Below, piece after piece: positions 39,729 through 47,568 of a stretch of DNA of 64,000 nt; position 1 is the stretch's first letter; the number at the start of each line of letters is the position of its first letter. The position numbers and the translations under genes are program-made. This DNA comes from a virus. Under the pieces are notes generated by a model. The model was given only the letters and a program-made list of their open reading frames with translations, was not told where the DNA came from and ran no database searches. Location of the stretch: the IMG/VR virus record IMGVR_UViG_3300032038_000071, positions 2,836-66,835 of that record. The stretch is one strand, 5' to 3'.

Positions 39729-40577
39729 CTAAAAGCTACCGTTGCAACCACATCCGCAACCTGTATTATTATTGCACTGGAATATAGGCTGTCTGCCATA
39801 TACAGGAACAGTAGGAACAGGACAGTTAGAAAGTCTGTTATAAAGCTGGTCAACCTCATTGTTAAGACCCTGTGCTATAAATGCGTTCTGTGCTGTCTGA
39901 CTTGCCGCAAGATTAGCCATTGTAAGCTGTCTCTCAAGGTCTGCAATCTTTGTATTCTTGCCATCCAGTTCAAGCTGGCAAAGTTTATCAATGATTGTCT
40001 GTGTTCCTCTTGTCTGACTGTCTATAATATCCCTTGTGTTCATCATAGACTGTGTTCTATCAGCACAATTCTCTGTAGCTACTGTGTACTTGAGGTCTGC
40101 AATACCAAGTCTGTTTTCACAGCAACAATCGGCAAGCTGTGACTGAACACCATTAAAGCCCTGATTCATGGCTGTCTGTGTGGCAAAAGCTGTCTGCATA
40201 TTAGCCATCTGTCTTGCGTTTGCACCCTGTTCTACACCTGCAAAACCGTTGCAAAGTGCCATCTGAATATCACTGCCTGTATTGCAAAGCTGTGTTGACA
40301 GATTGTTTACTCCGTCTCTTATGGATGTGATGTTGTCATTAAGCATCTGATTCTGGAATCCTTCACTTGTAATGTTAGCTTGGTTCATCCATGGATATAT
40401 TGAATTATATCCACCACCAAAGCCACCATTACCGCCCCAACCATTACCGTTGAAAGCGAAAAGGAAAAGAACGAGAAGCCACCAAGCACCGTCTCCACCA
40501 AAACCACCGAAACCATTGTTACCGGTTACTGCGGCTACATCTGCGGCGGAAAGTCCGCCATTTTCTGCTAAAGACAT
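39729..40577 (-). CDS. Gly/Asn-rich, 12-Cys membrane-anchored protein (282 aa)
   Basis: GFGGFGGDGAWWLLVLFLFAFNGNGWGGNGGFGGG is one hydrophobic helix flanked by Gly-rich tracts. The rest is Q/N-rich with CCC and a C-terminal CNNNTGCGCGCNGSF. Confidence 0.65.
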   Translation of the reverse strand: MSLAENGGLSAADVAAVTGNNGFGGFGGDGAWWLLVLFLFAFNGNGWGGNGGFGGGYNSIYPWMNQANITSEGFQNQMLNDNITSIRDGVNNLSTQLCNTGSDIQMALCNGFAGVEQGANARQMANMQTAFATQTAMNQGFNGVQSQLADCCCENRLGIADLKYTVATENCADRTQSMMNTRDIIDSQTRGTQTIIDKLCQLELDGKNTKIADLERQLTMANLAASQTAQNAFIAQGLNNEVDQLYNRLSNCPVPTVPVYGRQPIFQCNNNTGCGCGCNGSF

Positions 40578-40618
40578 AAGTTTGTCCTCCTTTGTGATTT
40601 ATTTATAATTTTGCAAAA

Positions 40619-40816
40619 TTATTTCAGTAGGGATTGCATTTCATTTGCCATCTGTGACAGTCTGTTAAACTGCTCTTGTGACATTTTTCCAGAATTAAGA
40701 AGTTCTTGCACTTGCTGTTTAGGGTCTCCCTTAAAGCTATTTCTGAATTGCTGAAACTGTGCAAGCATATTATTCTGTGGTTTACGATTGAATAGATTAT
40801 AGATAGGATTAGCCAT
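40619..40816 (-). CDS. Q-rich helical small protein (65 aa)
   Basis: It translates to MANPIYNLFNRKPQNNMLAQFQQFRNSFKGDPKQQVQELLNSGKMSQEQFNRLSQMANEMQSLLK, with an 8-nt overlap with the upstream gene. Confidence 0.6.
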   Translation of the reverse strand: MANPIYNLFNRKPQNNMLAQFQQFRNSFKGDPKQQVQELLNSGKMSQEQFNRLSQMANEMQSLLK

Positions 40817-41228
40817 TGTTATTCCTCCTTGTCATAGACCTGTTATTATGATTGTCAGATTGCGTTTTAAGAATGATTTGTTCAAGTCGCTTATCTAATT
40901 CAGCTTTAGTTACATAATCGTCTAAATTGACGTTTGGTGCGCTTGTAGCTGTATCTGTGTGTTGCTCTGCTGTGCGTTCTGAATAGTCAAATATTCTTAA
41001 AGGCATTGGCATACCACTTGTGTCGGTTGACTTGATGTAGAATACAGAATTTTCACTGTCCATAAGTAAGACTGAATTTCCTGCACCAACTAAATAACTC
41101 TTTGCACCTGCTTCACCTTGTACCCAGACTATTCCACTCTGCTGATTAGTCTGCGGTGGTTGATATACTTGTGGCATTTGTTGATACTGTGGGTACTGAT
41201 AGTTCATCGGAAAATAATTGTAAGCCAT
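40809..41228 (-). CDS. protein with a Q/P/Y-rich N-terminus and a small beta domain (139 aa)
   Basis: MAYNYFPMNYQYPQYQQMPQVYQPPQTNQQ is followed by GIVWVQGEAGAKSYLVGAGNSVLLMDSENSVFYIKSTD. Confidence 0.6.
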   Translation of the reverse strand: MAYNYFPMNYQYPQYQQMPQVYQPPQTNQQSGIVWVQGEAGAKSYLVGAGNSVLLMDSENSVFYIKSTDTSGMPMPLRIFDYSERTAEQHTDTATSAPNVNLDDYVTKAELDKRLEQIILKTQSDNHNNRSMTRRNNNG

Positions 41229-41233
41229 TTCTC

Positions 41234-41611
41234 TTACTCCTTTCTTTGCCAGTAATAGGTTACAACTTCATCGCCACTGTCCCAACTGTCATAATAATTT
41301 CCGTCTATTGCGGTGACAACGTGTGTTCCTGTACATAAGATATAATTGCCTTGCGGATAATCTATGCAGAAATCTCTGACTGTATAACAGTCCGGACAAG
41401 TGTTAGGTATAATATGTCTGCTATAATCATTGTTGCGTAAGAAGTTACCCCATACATTATTAGCAGATGGCATATCAGATAACATAAGTCCTTGTATTGC
41501 AAGTCTGATATAGACTTCTTCCCAAGACATTCCTAAAGATTTTGAGATAGCACGAATAACGCAGTCACCGACATATACGCTGTGAGGATTAGGGTTATAT
41601 CTAATGAACAT
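41234..41611 (-). CDS. papain-fold (C39-like) cysteine peptidase, putative
   Basis: 125 aa. Cys lies in VGDCVIRAIS, His in GTHVVTAIDG and Asp in YDSWDSG, in the order and spacing expected of C39-like peptidases. Confidence 0.4.
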   Translation of the reverse strand: MFIRYNPNPHSVYVGDCVIRAISKSLGMSWEEVYIRLAIQGLMLSDMPSANNVWGNFLRNNDYSRHIIPNTCPDCYTVRDFCIDYPQGNYILCTGTHVVTAIDGNYYDSWDSGDEVVTYYWQRKE

Positions 41612-41650
41612 CGTGCTATCTCCTTTCTCTTTATAGACTTACAATACAAT

Positions 41651-41682
41651 AAAAAAGAGACTGTAGATTATACAGTCTCTTT
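41651..41682 (-). terminator. strong intrinsic terminator between the sigma-like gene and the orphan cassette
   Basis: AAGAGACTGTA (41655-41665) pairs with TACAGTCTCTT (41671-41681) around a 5-nt loop. The minus strand continues with TTTTTTATTG. Confidence 0.75.
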
Positions 41683-41708
41683 ACGAAATCTATACGATTT
41701 TTATATGC

Positions 41709-41918
41709 TTACAGCACTTTTATCATCTTGTCCTTGATGCGCCTGATTAACTTACTCACCTTTGCTTCTGAAATATTCATCTGTAATGCTATATAGGTAT
41801 TTGATTTGTTCTTTGCTCTGAGGTTGAAACATTCCAATTCCTCATCAGAGAAGTTACAACTATCTCTAAAATATTGCAATTCAAATTCAACAAAATCTTG
41901 AATAGGCGGTAATTTCAT
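41709..41918 (-). CDS. sigma-70 region-4-like / LuxR-type HTH regulator (69 aa)
   Basis: FSDEELECFNLRAKNKSNTYIALQMNISEAKVSKLIRRIKDKM is a region-4-type HTH. It lies at the end of the tail operon. Confidence 0.5.
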   Translation of the reverse strand: MKLPPIQDFVEFELQYFRDSCNFSDEELECFNLRAKNKSNTYIALQMNISEAKVSKLIRRIKDKMIKVL

Positions 41919-41928
41919 ATATCAACTC

Positions 41929-43371
41929 CTAGTCTGTAAAGCTAAGAACATACGTTATCTTCATGGTCTTATCTGCTGTCTTTGTAACTTGTTCATCCAA
42001 GTTATCTATTGTTGCAAGATAGTTGGTTGTCTTAATCATATTAAACCATTCGCTGTATGACGATTCCCATATAGCACTTACTAACTTATTGTCATCCAAT
42101 ATCTGTGAGACCATGTTGTAGCTCGGAACATTACTGTTGGTTAGATATACTGCACGAGCGCCCATATCAGCTTTCATGCCAGCAAAGTATGCCACCTCTT
42201 CAGTCGGATAGCTAAATCCTAGATACGTGCATCCGAATGTCGCTGTCACCGTCGTGATGTCAGCATTATTCGTGATGTCCTCGAAGTAATGAATGCTATT
42301 GTTTGAATCTCCCGCATTGTATCGCTGAATAAGAATTGTGTCTGTCGAGAATGCTATGCCTGGAATAAGGAAGTCAAGCTGTTCGCCTGCCGGATTCGCT
42401 ACTGTAAATGCAGATATTGTGTTGTCCGGATTGATTCGAACAACCTGCAACGTCGCTCCGTTTTCAAGTCTGCCCCATTGACCTTGTCCGTAGCCAGGAT
42501 ATCCAATGCCTGCAATCATGTAATAGTATTCGCCCTGTTTTAAGTACCACGATGGCTCTCTGCCGTTTAATGCACTTACAAATGCTGACGGTAAACTTAT
42601 CTCTGTTTCTGTAACAGGTAAGTATTCAGAGCCACTACCGCTTGCATATGCTGGATAGTTGTTTCTTAAATCAAGCTTTGACATTGGAACTTTGTATGTC
42701 TTTAGCTTAATTTTTCCTGTAGCACTCATGTGTTCTGCTGTATGGTCAGTTGTTGGAACTAAATTGTAATAGTCAACAAGTGTAAGTGTTGAATTTGTCC
42801 ATGAACCCCTTACAATTCTCTGTCTTATACTTGGCATATTATCTACACCAACAGCTTGAGGTGTTCCACCAAGAGCAAAGTCACTTCTCTTTGTTGATTT
42901 AGCAAGTAAGCTTGTTGAATTTCCTTCACCTATATAGCCATGATTTGCTGAGGTAAGGCAAACACAGTTTATGTTTCCGTTTGCCTGCGTAGTTGTAAAA
43001 TCCCATACCATCTTGTATTTACCATCAGATAGCCAACCAGATTCTGATGAGTTATAAGAACCCATTTCTGTGACAGAATCATTTGAGGTAACATCATATA
43101 CTCCATTGGCTATCATCTTAACACCAGATGGGCATATTATATTGTTTGCATTTTCTGTGATAGCTGTGTCAAAAGCAAGCACTCCGCCCAATAAAGTAGG
43201 AATAAGACTTTGACGAACAGCATCCATATGAATCGGAGATATATTGAACATTCCCAAATCGTTAAGATATAGCTGAATGGCATTTGTAACCATGTTGTCA
43301 TCTTCGTAGCGCTCAACTTCGCCAGTTTTAACATTCGTTAATTCTATGGTTGAATGTCCTTTTATTTTCAT
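41929..43371 (-). CDS. tail/baseplate-associated structural protein (480 aa)
   Basis: It lies after the fibre gene within the late operon. It is beta-rich with no enzymatic motif seen. Confidence 0.55.
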   Translation of the reverse strand: MKIKGHSTIELTNVKTGEVERYEDDNMVTNAIQLYLNDLGMFNISPIHMDAVRQSLIPTLLGGVLAFDTAITENANNIICPSGVKMIANGVYDVTSNDSVTEMGSYNSSESGWLSDGKYKMVWDFTTTQANGNINCVCLTSANHGYIGEGNSTSLLAKSTKRSDFALGGTPQAVGVDNMPSIRQRIVRGSWTNSTLTLVDYYNLVPTTDHTAEHMSATGKIKLKTYKVPMSKLDLRNNYPAYASGSGSEYLPVTETEISLPSAFVSALNGREPSWYLKQGEYYYMIAGIGYPGYGQGQWGRLENGATLQVVRINPDNTISAFTVANPAGEQLDFLIPGIAFSTDTILIQRYNAGDSNNSIHYFEDITNNADITTVTATFGCTYLGFSYPTEEVAYFAGMKADMGARAVYLTNSNVPSYNMVSQILDDNKLVSAIWESSYSEWFNMIKTTNYLATIDNLDEQVTKTADKTMKITYVLSFTD

Positions 43372-43383
43372 TTTGACCCTCCT

Positions 43384-45348
43384 TTATGATGTCGTTACTT
43401 TGGTGTATCGTATTACACCACATATTGTGACTACTCCTGAACTTCCTGCGAATTCGCCTGTAAGCGTTCCATTACTTTCCATATACAATCTATTGCTATA
43501 CATATCGTAGCTAATCTGATCCGTAACATTGTCAAGAGGATTCCATCTACCATTTTGAAGTCCTGCATCTCTATACATCAAACTGTATTCAATGAGTACA
43601 TCTATGTTGGTTTCTATATCTATCGTGAATGAAGCATTATCGTGTATTGTGGTTTCTTCGATGTTAATAGTTTTCTCCCATACATCACTGCCATCAATCC
43701 ATGTGCCTACTTTCTGTTCTGTGGTTGAGTATGTGTGCAAAGATGAACTACCTCCACCTACAAACTTATAGCCTTTTATCGAGTGGATATACGGAGCGTT
43801 CATAGCTATCGTTATTGATGTTCCACTACAAGCGGTGATATTCACCCATCTGTCAGAAGCTCCGATAAGGTTTACTATAATTCCATCACTCAAAGTATTT
43901 AGGATATCTTCAACTGCAACTGTTCTTATATCTGATTCATGCGATGCACCACTAACAATCGTTACAAAATCATAATTTTCAAGGGCATCTTCAAGCGTAT
44001 ATGTTCCTCCTGTGCTTATGGTGGATGATAATAACTCGGTTGATTCAAACCTTGTGTTTTCTCCTCCACTAGAACCACCACTGTTCGAAATATAAGCAAC
44101 CGTATAGTCTACTGAATACACACCATCTTGAGCGTAACTTCCACCCTGTGTATTATATAGCTTACATAAATATCTATCACTGTCTGTATCAACGCAAACA
44201 TTCAAGCCATTGTAATAAGGTGGTGCTCCACTCATATCTGCTTCTGCAAATATAGAAAGTAGTGTTACTTCTGATGGTTTTAATGGGTTTCCATTTGCGT
44301 CACAAGGTATTAACCAAGCGTATCCATTTGTATTATCAGTTCTGCTAACAATGGTAATATCACTCTCACTTCCACTACCAATACCATAAGTCTTATCCAT
44401 ATATCTTATCTGTGATGGATAAGTAAATCCTATTTTTTCAAGCACAAAATCATCTATAATAGCATTCCATCCATGTGCATTAATTACAAGATAGTATTGA
44501 CCTGTTAATTCTGAAATGTCTAATTCTTGATTACTGTATACAGTGTTAGCGTTTGCATAATCAACAACCGCCGCCCACCTTGAATCAGTGGCATCTATTA
44601 CTTGAACGCTTGAAGGGGCACTGGCTTGCAAACCAATTTGAACGTTCCATCGTGCTTGCTGTGCTGAACTTCCTCCACCATAGCAAGATGACGTGGTCAA
44701 GTCGAAACCGATTTTATCCCAAGATGTAACATCAATAGGTGTTGCATAGTAGAACGTACCACCTATCTGCATTCCGCCATCCCAACTTACAGTGATTTGG
44801 TCTGATGTACTACTTACATTCATTGCAGATTCCATTTTTGATGATATAGATGACATATCAATAGTGGTAGTTGAGGATATTGTACTTCCATTAGGAATAA
44901 ATCTAATTGTTCCATCGTTCTTTTGGTCTGTGGTGAGAGCATTGTACTCGTCAAGTGTAATTTCTTCAGCACTTGATCCGCCACTCTCATATGCGTTCTC
45001 CCATTTCTGCGTGGCTGAATTGTACTTTAGTACCTGTCCATTTGTCGGACTTGATAAATCTACATCAGTTAATCCTGAAAGCGTAGACGAACCGCCACCA
45101 CCCGAAGGTGTGTCCCATGTGCCGTCAGCTTTGAGATATTTATCCTCATCTCCTGCATTTGGTTGTGGCACTCGCCCACTCTCGCCATCTTCGTTTGCGG
45201 ATGCTCCGACCATAATCTTGGCTGCACTTTGCTGATTATTATACATCTGCTGGTCGATTATGTCTGTATTGGCATTAATTACACCAAGATTATAATAATC
45301 AGTTGTTGCAGGCTTCGTTAGATTGAAATGTGCGCTCTGTGAAGCCAT
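43384..45348 (-). CDS. tail fibre / receptor-binding protein
   Basis: 654 aa. The N-terminal FNLTKPATTDYYNLGVINANTDIIDQQ is a typical fibre N-terminus, and SGGGGSS linkers are present. It lies after the tail-tip genes. Confidence 0.6.
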   Translation of the reverse strand: MASQSAHFNLTKPATTDYYNLGVINANTDIIDQQMYNNQQSAAKIMVGASANEDGESGRVPQPNAGDEDKYLKADGTWDTPSGGGGSSTLSGLTDVDLSSPTNGQVLKYNSATQKWENAYESGGSSAEEITLDEYNALTTDQKNDGTIRFIPNGSTISSTTTIDMSSISSKMESAMNVSSTSDQITVSWDGGMQIGGTFYYATPIDVTSWDKIGFDLTTSSCYGGGSSAQQARWNVQIGLQASAPSSVQVIDATDSRWAAVVDYANANTVYSNQELDISELTGQYYLVINAHGWNAIIDDFVLEKIGFTYPSQIRYMDKTYGIGSGSESDITIVSRTDNTNGYAWLIPCDANGNPLKPSEVTLLSIFAEADMSGAPPYYNGLNVCVDTDSDRYLCKLYNTQGGSYAQDGVYSVDYTVAYISNSGGSSGGENTRFESTELLSSTISTGGTYTLEDALENYDFVTIVSGASHESDIRTVAVEDILNTLSDGIIVNLIGASDRWVNITACSGTSITIAMNAPYIHSIKGYKFVGGGSSSLHTYSTTEQKVGTWIDGSDVWEKTINIEETTIHDNASFTIDIETNIDVLIEYSLMYRDAGLQNGRWNPLDNVTDQISYDMYSNRLYMESNGTLTGEFAGSSGVVTICGVIRYTKVTTS

Positions 45349-45362
45349 TTATATACCCTCCT

Positions 45363-47114
45363 TTATCCATGTATGAATGAGTTTTCCAAATCTTCATGTG
45401 TATAAGGTGTTAAGCCTTGATGTGTATAATTGCTCATAGCATCCTTATTCATAAACAACATATCTGTAAATCCTTGAAGCTGTATGCTTGTAAGATTAAA
45501 CATATCTAATTCATTTGTAAGACTTGCTCTGTCTGGTGTGTGTTTAACAAGCGTAGCCACAGGAGTAAAGTTATTCTGTACTTGTGGACTTGTGAAGTTG
45601 ATTACATTAAGGCTTTCTTCAACTTCGATATTTCCATCCCAATCTCCAACTTCAAGCAATCCTTGTCCATGTATGGCTGCCTTGATATTCTCTATTGGAA
45701 TACTAGCACTTCCACCTGACATATTAAGCTTTACAACAAATTTGAATGTTCTTGCACTTGTTATTGTGATGAAATAAAGAAGTCTGAGAACGTGTTTACC
45801 ATCTATCCATGTTTCAGTTGGATAGTAATTTGTAACCTCAGCACTATTAATCTCATAAGTTATCTTTCCTATTGCTGTAGTCTGTGTGTCTACATCTAAC
45901 AATATCTCAGCATCAAATACTGCCAATGTTGTTTGGGTTGACGTAAATCTTATGCTGATAATATTCTTATTCTCATTGTTTAGTACATTCAACGCCACAG
46001 CATTTGTATATGTGTAATACTGTTCTTTTGTTATCTGTATATCATCTTTTAAATCCTGCTCTGTAACGCTGTATTCATATCCAGCAATAGTAGCCTGTTC
46101 TGTATAATCCTCTGTTCCTGATGCTCTAATATTCTGTTCAATCAGTAAAGGTCCAGAATATTCAATCTCACATACAAGACTATCTCCAAACTCTGTTTGA
46201 ACAATGCTACCAAGTTGAATGTTGTAATCAGATACAATCATATTAATCTTAGCAGGACTGTATGCGACTTTGGCAACGCTTGTAAGAATTGCATTTGCAA
46301 TAACTGTCAATTCTGCATTTGTCTTGTCCAGAATAAGTAAGTTGTTCTGAATACAGATTGTTTTATCGCCATCACCAACAGTAGCTGTTGTTCCTCTTAC
46401 TGAATTATCAAGAATAACTTGAGAGAATACAGGAACTGTAAATGATTCAAATTCCGATGTGTTCTTTTCATAGCTGTCTGTTATGTCATAGTTTGAGTAT
46501 GTGGATATGAATTGTAATACACCTTCTCTTGAAATGTTAGCATTACAAGCCTGTATTGCACATATATACCTGAGCATATCCACGAAGCTGACACCCTTTA
46601 TCTTCTGTGTCTTTGCTATCATAAGATTATCATTTGGAAGTGATACAGTATTGTCATATGGAAGATTTACAAATTCACATAGACCTTCTCTGAAATCCTT
46701 CAGAGATATTTCAGAATGAGTAGCGAATAATTCATTCCAATATCGTGTTACATTTATCTTTGCTTTGTAATACAAGGCATCATATGCCACAATATGTCTT
46801 GATGTATCACTTCTTGAACGATTACGCACACAGGAATCAACTCTACCATAGAATAATGGAACTTTCACAGCGGTTGAACTTTCATCAGCTTTGACCATCT
46901 GATAGACTTCTATAAATTTCTTCTCTATGTCTGGAATGTCATGTACATCAACCTCAAACTTATTGGCATTACATTGTCCAATAGTAAATCCCTCTGTGCA
47001 TAACACTTCATCTAAAGACAGACTACCAGATTCAATTCCTGTTGTTATATCTGGTATGTTAGGATTATAAGGAAAATGTATTACCGTTTCTCTATATACT
47101 CTAATATCAGCCAT
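45363..47114 (-). CDS. tail-tip (Tal-like) minor structural protein
   Basis: 583 aa. It is the second gene after the tape measure. Confidence 0.55.
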   Translation of the reverse strand: MADIRVYRETVIHFPYNPNIPDITTGIESGSLSLDEVLCTEGFTIGQCNANKFEVDVHDIPDIEKKFIEVYQMVKADESSTAVKVPLFYGRVDSCVRNRSRSDTSRHIVAYDALYYKAKINVTRYWNELFATHSEISLKDFREGLCEFVNLPYDNTVSLPNDNLMIAKTQKIKGVSFVDMLRYICAIQACNANISREGVLQFISTYSNYDITDSYEKNTSEFESFTVPVFSQVILDNSVRGTTATVGDGDKTICIQNNLLILDKTNAELTVIANAILTSVAKVAYSPAKINMIVSDYNIQLGSIVQTEFGDSLVCEIEYSGPLLIEQNIRASGTEDYTEQATIAGYEYSVTEQDLKDDIQITKEQYYTYTNAVALNVLNNENKNIISIRFTSTQTTLAVFDAEILLDVDTQTTAIGKITYEINSAEVTNYYPTETWIDGKHVLRLLYFITITSARTFKFVVKLNMSGGSASIPIENIKAAIHGQGLLEVGDWDGNIEVEESLNVINFTSPQVQNNFTPVATLVKHTPDRASLTNELDMFNLTSIQLQGFTDMLFMNKDAMSNYTHQGLTPYTHEDLENSFIHG

Positions 47115-47128
47115 AGCATCTTCCTCAC

Positions 47129-47563
47129 TTAATACTCAATCAATTCCATCTTTAATTCTTTGTACTTGATATTCTCACCTTCAATATGATTTATAGGGAA
47201 CTCCATGTTTGGTCTATAGAAATAACCCTCATCATATCTGTTATTCTCGTCATCCCAGTATTGAAGATGTACTTTTCTCTGCACATGGTCAACCTCTGCG
47301 CTGTAGAAGAAATTTTGTAGCTCTATCTTATCATCTAAATCCAAAGGTCTTACCGTGAATGTAATCTTTGTTTTCTTACCTTCTGCTGTTACTCTGGTAA
47401 GTTCACGACTATTATCATCACGATAAGCCTTTAATTCTTCTCTTTGCTTTGGATTACTGCTCCAAGAATCAAATTTAATGAAACGGTTAGGAAAGACAGT
47501 ATATACAGGTGTTGTACCGTTCATTACTATTGACCTGAGTAAATAGCCTTTAAAATTTCCCAT
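47129..47563 (-). CDS. distal tail protein-like (by position)
   Basis: 144 aa, immediately downstream of the tape measure gene. Confidence 0.45.
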   Translation of the reverse strand: MGNFKGYLLRSIVMNGTTPVYTVFPNRFIKFDSWSSNPKQREELKAYRDDNSRELTRVTAEGKKTKITFTVRPLDLDDKIELQNFFYSAEVDHVQRKVHLQYWDDENNRYDEGYFYRPNMEFPINHIEGENIKYKELKMELIEY

Positions 47564-47568
47564 ATATT

